This document shows, one piece after another, positions 26,016 through 38,656 of a DNA stretch of 64,000 nt. The stretch lies in assembly GCF_902713615.1 (NCBI RefSeq), contig NC_052149.1, positions 98,153,121 to 98,217,120 on the forward strand, written 5' to 3'. The DNA comes from Scyliorhinus canicula (taxonomy: Eukaryota). A program made the translations under genes and the position numbers. Under the pieces are notes generated by a model. The model ran no database searches. It was given only the letters and a program-made list of their open reading frames with translations, and was not told the origin of the DNA. Positions within the stretch are counted from its first letter, which is position 1; every line of letters begins with the position of its first letter.

Positions 26016-26689
26016 TTGTCTCGCAAGAGTCTGGCAAGTAGGTGGGAGCTTCTCCTGAATCTGAGGCTGCAACTTTCCAGCAAACCCTCTCGACTTGGCA
26101 GGATTGCGAGATCCTGCCAACGGGAGGGACTGGAAAATCCCACCCTGAGAAAAACCTAAGGGCAGAATAGCTCTGATACAGCAGTCAAATGCCAGAAATC
26201 CCACAGTGATGGGGGATCCTACTGGGGATGAGAAGGCTACTGTGTGATAAAGAATTCCACAAGAGCAGATTGTTTGGAGGCGATGGTGCGTGTAAATGTA
26301 ATCTAACATCCTGAAACTGGGAGCAGTTGCGGCAGAGCTTTTCCGGACATCATGAGGTAAGCCAGCAAACATGTGACAACAACTTAATCTTGTTACTTGC
26401 ATCTTTATTGCTTTACACTGTAACCTTTCAGTAGAATGTCACAGGGCTACAAAACCTGTGCCCTTTACCACCTGTTTATGCTCAAGTTATTCCACTGTAC
26501 TGTACATTTGCAACATGGAAGTATCATATACTAAACACCACAACAAACTTACATTAATATAACATCTTTAATTTATCCAAAATGTTATCAGACAAAATTT
26601 GACACTTTGATATGTGACCAAAACCTTGATCAAAAAAGTAGATTTAAAGGAGCATCTGAACTAAGAACTAAGCACTTCTGAATTAAGCA

Positions 26690-26870
26690 CCTCCGGATAC
26701 TCGGGTTTCCGCCCACAAGTCCCGAAAAACGTGCTGTTATGTAATTTGACATTCTGAATTCTTCCTCCGTGTACCCGAACAGGCGCCGGAGTGTGGCGTC
26801 TAGGGGCTTTTCACAGTAACTTCATTAAGTGTTAATGTAAGCCTACTTTTGACAATAAAGATTATTAAAA
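26690..26870 (+). mobile_element. 5'-truncated V-SINE with gacaataaagattatt tail
   Basis: cccacaagtcccgaaa...ttttcacagtaacttcatt...gacaataaagattatt; same family as 34031. Confidence 0.7.
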
Positions 26871-27449
26871 AAAAGAAGAAAGAGATAGAGATGTAGGGAG
26901 GTTTAGCGAGAGAAGTCCAGAGTTCAGAACCTGGGCCTTTGAAAGCATCCTTCATGTTACGTATTCAGACACTTCGACAAGGTAACTAACATCCGAGCAC
27001 CTCTCCTCTCACCAAGTCGGGCATTTTCATTTTTTTTATCTCTTGTGTGATTATTCAGCATTCATTGTAGCATTCCAGTGTAAACACAACTTGAAAAAAT
27101 GTTCTTCTTCTGCTGGAGGAAAAGAAAATCTCCAGGTCCAATTTAAACTGAATAGCTCACGGCACCTTGCACAATCCTATCCGATAGCGTAAAGAAATCA
27201 CTTTGTGGTCAGTTAGTGGACTTCAGGGGAAACAAATTAAGGCAAGCTTGGGGAAGAACAAATGCAGGTGTGATTCCCACAGAATGCCCGCTCAAGGCTT
27301 CATTCAGCTTGCGAATCCAGGCAGATGGACGTCAAAGGACCGGCATACAAAACTGCCTTAGTAGCACAACATTGATACCTTATTTTCCTGCAATCTGGAG
27401 TGTATAACTCCCTTGTGTACTGCAATATTCCCTCGATCTGTACTGGGAT

Positions 27450-28625
27450 AGAATCATAGATACCTTACAGTGCAGGAGGAGGCTATTCAGACCATCAAGC
27501 CTGCACCCTCTGAAACAGCACCTACATAGGCCCACTCCCCTGCCCTGTCCCCATAGCCCCACAAGCCTGTACATCCCTGGGGACTAAGGGGCAATTTAGT
27601 ATGGTCAGTCCACCTAACCTGCACATTTTAAGACTGTGGGAGGAAGCTAGGGCACCCAGAGGAAACCCACTGTACCGGTCCTTCCTGATGATTCCCTTAC
27701 TTCCACTTTCTTTGTTTTTGCCGTTATAATTTTTGATCCATGGATGCTTAATGGACATATATATTTAAATCAAGCAGCAGAGACAATGAAGAATTGAAGA
27801 AGTTGCAACATGGTGCTGCCAGCTTTGGACAATAGAACTCAGACTTTGTGGCAGCCAAGAAATGGGGTTGGACTCCGTTTGATTGGTTGGCTGGTGGCCA
27901 ATGAATTGGCCAACAGTCCATATTCTGCCCAGTAACAGGTAGTGATTGGATCCTGCCTGAGTGGGATGACTTCCAGAGACCTAAGGAAAGCAGAGTTGGG
28001 ATCTGGGCACACAGGTACAAGGACCTGCTCCCTCTCTTCTCTATCTCCAGAAAAGCTGCTGGATTCCTGAACCTACAGAGAACCTGAATGAGTGAACCTA
28101 CAGTAAACTATTACAGGCTGCAAACAGATACCTGGATCTGAAAGATTACATTGAAAGAAGGCCTGCTAAAAGACAACCATCTGAAACGAAGACTCTTTTT
28201 CCCTTTACTTATTATTTTCATCCCTCGCCTCCCTTCTGTGTTGGTCTGATTTGGGTGTGCGTAGAAGGTGGGGGAAAGTTAAAGTGCGAGATTAGGAATT
28301 TGCTAATAGTTAACCAGTTGTATTTGCTGCATATTTCATTATAGTTCTTGTTATAAATAAAAAGTAATTGTGTTTAAGCTTACAAACTTGGTGACTTAAT
28401 TATTATGCAGTCAAGGGCCAAAGACTTTGGATATTTGTCTCAGAATTATTGGTTAATTCAATTATCTCGTGACTCTGAGTTTGGGCCTGGAATTGACTGC
28501 ACCTTAGCCCAAGGTGTCATAAAGCCACGGAGACATAGGGATAAAGTCCACACAGTCACACAAGAATGGAATTTACTTCGGGTCCCTGGTGCTGTGAGGC
28601 CGCAATGCTAACCACTGGGCCACCC
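27450..28625 (-). mobile_element. HE1-type V-SINE split by an LTR insertion
   Basis: 3' part at 27450-27670 and 5' part at 28525-28625. Confidence 0.65.
27671..28524 (+). mobile_element. Solo LTR (ERV/Gypsy-like)
   Basis: Begins TGTA, AATAAA near 28356, 4-bp TSD CCAC. It interrupts a SINE. Confidence 0.55.
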
Positions 28626-28921
28626 TATCACCCCATGGGATACACAAGAAGCCAGAATTGAAAGACTACAGAGATTTCTGTGGCATGTAGGATTGGAGGT
28701 CCCCTCCGTGTTTCTGAATATTAACTTCCAAAGCTCTGAGATACTATTGCCCAATATGGTAGGTACACATTTTCAGCTGGACATTTGCACAGGCCCACAG
28801 TTTGCCATAGTGGCATCTTAGAAATCAGAGTTCTGGCTGGATAGATCATTAAGCCATGCTTCCCAATGCTTTCCCCCTTCAGGGTTGCGACTGTCAAGAT
28901 GGCCGAAAGTGAACCAGATAC

Positions 28922-29877
28922 GGGCTGGGAATCTTCGATCCTCCACACTGGAATCGCACCGGGTGCGGGGCCGGAGAATAGCCGTTCACGCCGGAAATCC
29001 AGCGCGACGGCACTTCCGTAATTCTTTGCGGACCCGCCAGTCCCACACGCGAGGCCAATGCGGCACCAGTTGGGGGCCGTTAGTACCACCCGGCGGGAGC
29101 TGGGACCCGCTGCCGCGGTAGCTGTCCTGGTGGGGGGACGGGGGGAATCTGACTCCGGGGGGGGGTGCTCAGCAGTGGCCAGACCCGCAATCAGGGGCCA
29201 CCGAATGATGGGCCATTGCGACCTGGGAGGAACCTACCTTCCTCCGCGCGAGCCCGCTGAGTGGCTCCACCATGTCACCGCCGTCCGCGCCGAGGTGGGC
29301 CCCCATGTGAATGCACGGACCCGCTTATGACCGCCATGCGCATGGGCAGCCGCGCGGTCTGTACAGCACGGTAGCATGGTGGTTAGCATAAATGCTTCAC
29401 AGCTCCAGGGTCCCAGGTTCGGTTCCCGGCTGGGTCACTGTCTGTGTGGAGTCTGCACGTCCTCCCCGTGTGGGCGTGGGTTTCCTCCGGGTGCTCCAGT
29501 TTCCTCCCACAGTCCAAAGATGTGCGGGTTAGGTGGATTGGTCATGCTAAACTGCCCGTAGTGTCCTAAAAAGTAAGGTTAAGGGGGGGTTGTTGGGTTA
29601 CGGGAATAGGGTGGATACGTCGGTTTGAGTAGGGTGAGCATTGCTCGGCACAACATCGAGGGCCGAAGGGCCTGTTCTGTGCTGTACTGTTCTATGTTCT
29701 ATGTACAGCAGGGCCCCGCCGGCAGCCAGAGCCACGGGATGAATGCCCGGGCTCTGCTAGCCCCCTGGAAAATAGAGAATCACCCGGAGCTTCGAGGAAA
29801 AAAAAAAGCCCAGACTGCTTCTCGCCCATTTTCCGGCAGGCATGGGGACTGAGACCCCAAAAGGGAGAATCCTGCCC
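28922..29877. mobile_element. Harbinger-type MITE containing a V-SINE
   Basis: Ends GGGCTGGGAATCTT / GGAGAATCCTGCCC; TSD not preserved. Confidence 0.7.
29364..29703 (+). mobile_element. HE1-type V-SINE with CR1 tail
   Basis: Near-identical to 61923-62266; flanked by TGTACAGCA repeats. Confidence 0.9.
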
Positions 29878-30790
29878 TCGGTTTGGCCTTGTTGCATTTA
29901 GAAATTCCGCTGACCCATCCAGCTTCCGCGGAAATCACTCCACAATATAAGTAGGGCAGCTATTGCAAAATTGCTTCAAGGAGGAGTTCTTCCATTAAAA
30001 CTCAGCATCATGGAAAATTATAGTGATTTGTCTTCAGCATTTTTTAATTACCAATGAATTTGTGTGCTGTAGAAACAGTTACTATTTCCCAAATGGTCTC
30101 CCAAATGTTTTCCTTTTCCCAGTAACATTTGCTTTCCTTGGCATTTTACCCCTGAGCTCACAAACAATGCAGTAGTTTCTTAATTCTGAACTAGAATGTG
30201 TGTATTTCCTTGTTTAGAGGCTAAGTGACTAATGCACAAGAAATTTATGGAATGAATTTGATTGGATGGGAAATGTACACATGGGAATGTATTCATTTCT
30301 GACCTTTCCTCGGTTTGCGATTGCACTGTGACTGGAGTAAGTATCAATATGTGATGCAGTTACGCTTTTTAAAAAGTGATATGTTTAAAAAATAGAGTTC
30401 AGAATTAAATGCATCAGGCTGTGTCTGATTGTACACTGTCATGCCCGATAAAAATATATTTATAACTTTACTGAGGGGCTGACTTCATCTGGAAGCTTCG
30501 GGAAGTGGCTTTTATTTCTTTAAAATGGACACTGATGAACGAGAGTTATTGGACTCCTGCACAAATTTATGTCTCCAGGTTTTTAATTCCACAAAGAAAA
30601 GTTAATGAGAATAGTCTTTCCATAAGTGTGAAAACCACCATCTGTCTCTTATCGCATATATGACCTTAACTTTATGCCATTTTGTGTGGACACAGCCTGA
30701 CTGAAACTAGCTTCTGAGATTCTTTATTGTTCCAAGGCCCAGTTGGGTCCAACACAGGATGCAGAAGAGACCTAAAAAGACAACAGCTCC

Positions 30791-31425
30791 TGTCATGTGA
30801 GAGTACCTTTAATAAATGGGTGTTTATAAATGGGTGTGTATATAAATATCTATAGTGAGAGTACCTTAAAGAAATGGGTGTTTACTACTGCAGTAATGTC
30901 AGAGAGTGGGTGGAGCTGGGCTGTCTGTCATCTTTTTACTTTTGTTTTAGGCTGTTTGCTGTAGGGTGTGTTTAAGTTTTGTTTTCAGTGTTGGAGCTGA
31001 AGTCAGACAGAGCAAGTGTACTGTTGACCTCTCTGCCATGAAAAGACAATCTCTTGATCATTTGGTGAATTCAGAATTATAAATGTTTTCAGTAGTGACT
31101 TTAACCAGATGTGCTTCTGTTAAAACATGTTTTTTTTGTAAGTCTTCTGGATGTTAAAAGGACAGCGTAAGCATTACTTAGTGTTGTACTCTTTGGGGGT
31201 TGTATTTGAATTAATGGTTGCTAAGATGTTCACTGTATGTTTTAAAAATGTTAACTTCAATTCATAAAATAAACAGTGTTTTGCTTAAAAAAATAGTTTT
31301 CCATTTCTGCTGTACCACACCTGTAGAGTGGGCCGTGTGCTCCCCATACCACAATATATTAAAAGGTGTGGGTCAGGTGAACTCGATGATACACTTTGGG
31401 GTTCTCTAATCCTTAGCCCATAACA
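30791..31425 (+). mobile_element. Solo LTR
   Basis: TGTCATG...CATAACA termini, TSD CTCC/CTGC, internal duplicated gtgagagtacctt..aaatgggtgttta. Related copy inverted at 37792. Confidence 0.75.
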
Positions 31426-31517
31426 CTGCAGAGAAAGGATTTCCATATTTCCCTTTTAAGAATCAACTGCCAGTCACTCTGAAACCAGCTGCAAGTCATC
31501 AAGCAGCCAAAGTAATT

Positions 31518-31753
31518 ATTTTTTTTTCATTTTACAAATTTAGAGTAGCCAATTAATTTTCTTTTCCAATTAAGGGGCAATTCAGTGTGGCCAAACTACC
31601 TAACCATCACATCTTTGTGTTATGGGGGATGAAACCATGCAGGCATGGAGAGAATATGCAAACTCCACACAGACAGTGACCCAAGGCTGGGATTCGAATC
31701 CGGGTCCTCAGCGCCACAGTCCCAGTGCTAACCATTGCGCCACATCCCACCCT
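31518..31753 (-). mobile_element. Short poly(A)-tailed V-SINE
   Basis: 13-bp TSD AGCCAAAGTAATT (31505-31517 / 31754-31766). Confidence 0.85.
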
Positions 31754-32097
31754 AGCCAAAGTAATTCTTAACCTGTTCCAGTTCCAAAGTTTGCCGGGGA
31801 ACCAACCTCCTAGAATACAACAAGAAACCACACAACCTGTTGTGAACCTTATGTTTTAAAAAACACTCACTTCAACTTGAAATCATTAAATCCATTTGAG
31901 GAACCACAGGCCTGCCTATGAAAGACCAGAAGTTGTAAATCAGAGACTGAATTAACTAATCTGTAAAAGTGCATTAACTTAGCTGCATAAAATCTGTGTG
32001 TGTGTGTGTGATAGAGTGTGTGCCATTGCATTACAAGGTAAGTGTGTAAAAATAAGTAACCTTAATTTTAAACTGAAGAAAGCTTGCTGCTGATAAT

Positions 32098-32412
32098 TGT
32101 GGGTGTCGCTGGGTAGGCCAGCATTTATTGCCAATCCCTATTTCCCCTTGAAAAGGTGTTGATGAGCTGCCCTCTTGAACTGCTGCAGTGCATGTGGTGT
32201 AGGTATACCCACAGTGCTGTTAGGGAGGGAGTTCCAGGATTTTGACCCAGCGACAATGAAGCAATAGCAATATATTTCCAAGTCAGGATGGTGAGTGACT
32301 TGGAGGGGCACGTCCAGGTGTTGGTGTTTCCAGGCATCTGCTATCCTTGTCCTCCTCGATATTAGTGGTCGTGGGTTTGGAAGGTACTGTCAAAGGAGCC
32401 TTCGTGAGTTGG
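32098..32412 (-). mobile_element. CR1/L2-group LINE 3' end
   Basis: Homologous to 3770-4100. Confidence 0.65.
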
Positions 32413-33474
32413 AATACACACTCCAAGGGCAAGGAAAGACACACCTCTTTTTAAACAAACAGACTGAATATGGGCTTTAAGAGAGAAAATACAGTCTTCC
32501 CTTGATAACACAACTGAAACTAAACTTCAAAATCGCCACATGATCATTACAAATCTCTTAACAATGTCTTCTTGATCCTTTCTGATGATTTTTTAAAAGT
32601 TTGAATTCAGTTGTTAAACTTAATTATAAAGAACCCTTATGACAAACAGATTAACAGGGTCCCACTGCACCAAGCATAATGAATGTGTGCCCTGCTTTAA
32701 CAAACTCTGCAGCTCTAATTGCTTTGAAACCAAATGAAAGTGGCTGGTGCCAACATTTCCCAGGCGCGTTGCAGTACGTGAACAGAAAAAAACCCCCCCG
32801 GCAAACCAAATTAAACGGCACGGGATATTTTCAAGCAGTGGGAAAACAAACATTTATAGTAAAAACAACACAGCTCTTGAAAATATGTTTGCTTTGAATT
32901 TTAGAAAGAAGAAACACTTGGCTGGTCTCCATCAGTTGACATTGAATAGGTGGCGCTATGATCAAAGGGTTTGTGTATGACTTTGCAACACTGCTATTGC
33001 AACCTTTGTTGTGTATTAGCGACAGTGTAATCCTTTGCCTGTTACAATGGGATTGATGATGCGGCAGCCCCAGATGAATATGGAATCATAAATATTCCTT
33101 TCAAAATTATTGTAATTTGTCTTTCCTAATTGATTTAGATAATTAAGTCCCAATGCCCTCCAACAACAATAAAAAAGTACATTTTATATTCTTCTATTCC
33201 TTTATTCCCTCAAGTAATGCTGCTCCGATAGAAGTTGATATTTATTATTCTGTACCCATTCAGAAGAGCTGCATTTTCTATCCCACTGTAGCAAGCACAG
33301 GATTAAAGCTGATCCACTGCAGAACAAATGTCACAGCAGCGGTATAGCCTTCACTTACATAAATCTTGTGCTATAAACAGTTTTTTTTCAGTGTAAACGT
33401 GTTGCTGACATCCAGAATGGCCATCCAATGATTCAGGTGATCAGCCTTTCATTGATTGTTCTTCAATTAATTCA

Positions 33475-33945
33475 AATGCCCGACAATCGGCGCGGGGTTG
33501 CGGGCGGGGGGGCGTGAATTACTCGCCGCTGGTCCGCCAATTCTCCAGCGACCGGAGAATCGGCACCAATGGCGTCAGCACGGTGGGCCACGCCATGCGG
33601 GCCCCCCCGGCGATTCTCCGCATCGATGGGCCAAATGCCCGCCGACTTCAGCCGAGTCCCACCGGCGTCGTTCACGTGTGGTCCTACCCGGCGGGACCTT
33701 GGCGTTCATGCTGCGGGGGCCATCCTAGTGTGAAGGAGGGGTGATCCGACTCCGGGTGGGCCTTCACGTTGGCCAAGCCCGCGATTGGGGCCTATCGATC
33801 AGCGGGATGGCTTATCCCAGGGGGGCCCTATGTTCCTCCGTGCCCGGCCCCTGTAGGGCTCCACCATGTTGCCCGGGGGCCGACGCGGAGAAGGCAACCC
33901 ACACGCATGCGCAAGCTTGCGCCGGCCGTGGCGCAAACTGGAATT
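33475..33945. mobile_element. Harbinger-type MITE fragment
   Basis: CpG-rich, with internal GGAGAATCG/CGATTCTCC motifs like 21316-21902; termini lost. Confidence 0.6.
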
Positions 33946-34030
33946 GTTTTTTGACTGTAGAATGTTTCTCATCCCATGATAAGACAGCTAGTCAAGGCAG
34001 GGCAAGGGGAAGTGCGGGCCATTTCAGTTA

Positions 34031-34300
34031 TGGGCGGCACGGTAGCACAATGGTTAGCACTGTTGCTTCACAGCGCCAGGGCCCCAAGTTCAATTCCCGG
34101 TTTGGGTCACTGTCTTTCCGGAGTCTGCACGTTCTCTCCGTGTCTGTATGGGTGTCCTCCAGGTGCTCAGATTTCCTCCCACAAGTCCCGAAAGACGTGT
34201 TGTTAGGTAATTTGGACATTCTGAATTCTCCCTGCTTTTCACAGTAACTTCATTGCAGTGTTAATGTGAGCCTACCTGTGACAACAAAGATTATTATTAC
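34031..34300 (+). mobile_element. V-SINE with gtgacaacaaagattattatt tail (third SINE family)
   Basis: tRNA head, V domain and a distinct 3' tail. Confidence 0.8.
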
Positions 34301-34894
34301 AGGTATTATTATTCTGTCTGAATTCTCAAAAGTACAGTATTTGCCATGTATTCAGCCAATACCTCTTTAAGGATTAATGTATATACTTCCAAAGGCTTTA
34401 ATCTCAAGTATTTCATGGAGAAAGAATTCTTCTGTTCAGGCGAACAGTCAAGCTGAAAAGGATGCCCAGCTCTTACCTCATCCTCACCAATCCAGTTATG
34501 GCACTTTTCCCACCCCAGTACCAGCAGCAGCACAAATATGCACACTTGACAGCAAGTTTTCACTGGGTGAAGCTCCAAACACTAGTGAACAAGTGGTTTT
34601 GCGAATGAAATGTTGGGGGCGGGGTGGAAGAGGATCTGGGGGAGAAGAAAATGCTACTCCTCCACAGAGAGTGGAAAGGTGACCAGCCTCAGTTGAGGAG
34701 CAGAGGCCTCAGGAGCATTCGTGCTGTGCCAGCAGTGGAAATGGATCTCCATACATATGGTTCACTACATATAATTACAGAGCATTTACAGCATAGAAAC
34801 AGGCCATCTAGCCCAACAGGTCTGTGCAATGACTATGCTCTATACGATCCTGCTCCCAACACACTCCTTTGGAGCCTCTTAGGATTCCTCAGAG

Positions 34895-36256
34895 TCTGAG
34901 GACAGAGATGAGGAGAAATATCTTCACTCAGAGAGTGGTGAGCCTGTGGATTTCATTACCATAGAAAGTAGTTGAGGCTAAAACATTGTGGGCTGGACTT
35001 GCCATTTGGGAGACTATGTTCTCCCGCCGGAGGTGAATTGCAACTGGTTTACAATTCCCTGGGGGTGCAAGCCAGGACAAAATCGCGTCTTCCTTGCCAT
35101 ACAAAATTATGTTTGATGTGGAATATGAGGGATTCCCGAGGGAGTCCTGATATTGGGCCGCCATTTAAGCGGAAAGCCCGATAGCGAAGTCCTGCAGCCA
35201 GCTGCTCCCCTCCCTCACACTGCAAAGCAGCCCTGAACACCCCCCACAGCCGCCACTGCATATCAGCGCCACACCCCTGGATTACCTGGGCGCCCTCACC
35301 CGCAAGTATGGCCGTAACCTGACCTGCTACCCCCCTTCCCCCCCAGGGAGCCCTGTAATAGGGAGGAATCTCTACATGTCCATTCCTTGAATGAGAACAG
35401 CGATGAGCTGCACCTGATTCCCACTGAAAGCTGAAATAAATTCATAGCTTCCTAGTAGTGGTCTGTGATCGGCAGCTTCTACAAACTGTTTGCAGCTTTG
35501 ATTTATTCACGCCCATTCGCCGTTCAGTGCTCTCAGTGGTGAAACTCCAATGTTTACAAACATTGATCACAGCAAAGATATGCAAGTGCATTCTAAGCTC
35601 TAAGTACTTTTCAATCAGTAAAGCATGTGATTACACTGCACTTACCTCTCTTTGATGTGGTCAATGTTTGCAAACATTGTGGGGGTTTCTCTATTACAAA
35701 GGTCCCTGTGGGGGGTCCCTCTATTACAGGGGTGCCTGTGGGGGGTCTCCTTACTGCATGGGTTGCTGGGGGGAGCCTCTATTACAAGGGGAGGGGGTAT
35801 GTGGTGGTGGGAGGTGGGCAGACAGTGCATTGGGGGGTGGCCCATGGTCAGGCTCGAATGGTCTCTACCAGCATGGTTTGCTGTGTTGAACCTCACTGTT
35901 ATCCCGTTAGCCCACCGTGGGATCCACCACTCCAGGGCCACGGTGATAGAGATCACAAGTGATCCGTGCCCATGTGCTTCCCAGCCGCAGGGACTGGAGA
36001 ATCAATCCCGATTTTGCCCCAACGCCCGATTCTCCATCCCAATGGGGAATGCATTTCAGCGTCCCAGGAAGGAATCCAACCATGTATGTTTTCACGAAAC
36101 AGGTAGATATAGTTCTCAGGGTGAAGAGATCGCAGGATATGGGGGTTGGCAGGATTAGGCTATTGAGTTGGGTTGGTCAGCCACGGTCATAACGAATAGC
36201 AGAGCAGGCTCGAAGGGCTGAATGGCCTCCTCCTGGTCCTATTTTCTATGTTTCTA
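34895..36256 (+). mobile_element. CR1 3' end split by a non-autonomous Harbinger
   Basis: CR1 sequence at 34895-34989 resumes at 36083 and ends in a cctattttctatgtttcta tail. Confidence 0.7.
34990..36082. mobile_element. Non-autonomous Harbinger-type element (~1.1 kb)
   Basis: Imperfect TIRs GGGCTGGACTT / AATCCAACCA, TSD TGT. It interrupts a CR1. Confidence 0.6.
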
Positions 36257-36787
36257 ATACAACAGAGAAATGAGGAGGAGGCCATGATAGGCATTGTACA
36301 GCATATAATCAAAAGCTTCTCATGAAATGCAGAACAACCAAAAGGGAGTGGTTGTCCAAGAAATTAGAATTGTTTTATTGACTCTAACATTTTAATGAAA
36401 GGCAAACTCTTGAAACATTTTTGGATAGAAAATGCATCACTCATTTTTACACCCAAAATGTATTTATTTACCCTCAAAGTTCCAGCAAAACTTCAAACAC
36501 TTCTGCAAAATAATTTTGGCAGCACAGTAGTGACTGATCAAATTGCCTCATGTTTCAATTAAATGCTTGCGAACATTCCAGCACGGTAATGCAACCTCAG
36601 AGCGCAGAAATCCTCCAACCTGATGCATTAGTCAATTGTGAAACGAATAATTCAAAGAAATGGAAATCTTCGAAATGGCTGTGATTTAAAGAGCTTGAAT
36701 ATATTAATCTCTTTCCAACTGCAACTTTAACTGGAGGCCTGTGCAGGGAAGTAACTGTGGCGCCTCCAAAGAACAAACACATATAAC

Positions 36788-37106
36788 TCCTACAGTGCAG
36801 AAGGAGGCCATTTTGCCCATCAAGCCTGCACCGACCCGCTGAAAGAGCACCCTACCTAGAGTCAGGCCTCCATCCTATCCCAGTAACCCCACCTACCCTT
36901 TTGGACACGAAAGGGCAATTTAGCATTGCCAATCCACCTAACTTGTGCATCTTTGCACTGTGAGAGGAAACCGGAGCACTTGGAGGAAACGCATGCAGAC
37001 ACAGAGAGAATGTGCAGACTCCACACAATCACCCAAGGCCGAAATTGAAACCGGGTCGCTGGCACTGTGAGGCAGCAGTGCCAACCACTGTGCCACCGTG
37101 CTGCCC
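36788..37106 (-). mobile_element. HE1-type V-SINE
   Basis: Head, V domain and CR1-type tail. Confidence 0.85.
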
Positions 37107-37791
37107 AACCTGGCAGTAAGAGGAGTTGGAGTCAGGAGAGGCCCTTGAAGGTAAGTCCATTTTGTTTCCAGTTCCTTGGATGCTCCTTGGATCCCCACAA
37201 GCTACTTTTGAGATTTCCCCTTCCCCATGCTTCAGACCTCCTCCACTAAGCAGAAGGTCCTCCTGACTCACTGTTTATCCGCTTACCAAAGTGTCGGGAG
37301 CCTGTCCTTTAGGCGTCTTGCTTTTTTGCTCCCAGCCGAAATCTCCTCCTTGGTGCTAGACAGCTGCCACTTCCCATCAGCCAAGGTGAGAGACTGATTA
37401 CATCAGTAGAGGTGGGGCCTTGGAGTTATAGCTTCCTGAGCTTCACATCTGCCTCAAGCTCATCATCATGACTCCTGCGACAAGTTCAAATTGGACCCAG
37501 GATCTTTTTAATCCATTTGAACTGGTAGGAAACATAGGTTGATTCTGTCCAGCCTTGTTAAGATAGGAACCAAATGGACTCACACTTTACAGGCTCAGGT
37601 TCCCAGGATTAAAAAGTAAATTAACTTGACATTGTCAGGATTAATAGTGACATTTCTTTCAGTTATTAATTTCAGCCCTAAAATAGTTACATTAACTGGA
37701 AGAGAGATCAGAACATGCTGCACATACTTACGAGATATCCCTTACTAAAAGATGTAGGGTGAAAAAGCACACCCTTTCTCTTGGTGACTCA

Positions 37792-38656
37792 TGTTATAGG
37801 CCATGGCCTAGAAAACTCCAAAGTGTAATATGGAGTTCACCTGACGTATAACTGTTCATTGAATTTGGCTAGGATGAGCACAAGAGTCTGCCTTTCAGGT
37901 GTTATTCAACAGGGGTCATAGGAGGGGCGGCATGTGGTGCAATGGATAGCACTGGCACTGCGGCGCTAAGGACCCGGGTTCGAATCCCGGTCCTGGGTCA
38001 CTGTTCGTGTGGAGTTTGCACATTCTCCCCATGTCTGCATGGGTTTCACCCCCACAACCCGAATATGTGCATGTTAGGTGGATTGGCCGCGCTAAATTGC
38101 CCCTTAATTGGAAAATAAAACAAATGGGTACTCTAAATGAAAAAAAACAGAGGTCTTAGGTGCTTTTAATTAAAACAAAGCTTTATTCTGAGAATTTAGT
38201 TAACATTTGTATAAACACACAAAGCAAGAATTTTTATCAACTACAAACATAAAGACCCCACACAGCTACAGTAATCTCTGTACAACCCTTAATGAATTCC
38301 CCCTTAACTGTTCCAATTTAATAACAAAATCCAAGTAAAACCAGAAACCCCTTTTCAAAGGTGTGGCTCAGCACACGGCATTCTCAAATACTTGTTATTG
38401 ATACTCTGTTCCCCTTTTCAAACAGCAGGTTCAAATTTCTTCCTGAAAGCATTTATCTCTTTTAAGTTATCAAGCAGCCTGGAAACAGCTTTAAAATGAA
38501 AATAGAGAGACACTTCTTTCAACCTGTGCAGTTCAAACCAGTCCAAACTCAAAAGTAAAAACTCACAGAGCCACAGCCCAGCTCCACCCACACAATGACA
38601 TCACTGAAGCCATGTGATAAGACAAAAACATTTCTGAAAGGGGTACTCTCATGACA
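37792..38656 (-). mobile_element. Solo LTR related to 30791-31425, containing a SINE
   Basis: TGTTATAGG...GGTACTCTCATGACA; TSD CTCA/CTCC. Confidence 0.75.
37923..38145 (+). mobile_element. Short poly(A)-tailed V-SINE
   Basis: 15-bp TSD AACAG(G/A)GGTC(A/T)TAGG (37908-37922 / 38146-38160). Confidence 0.85.
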
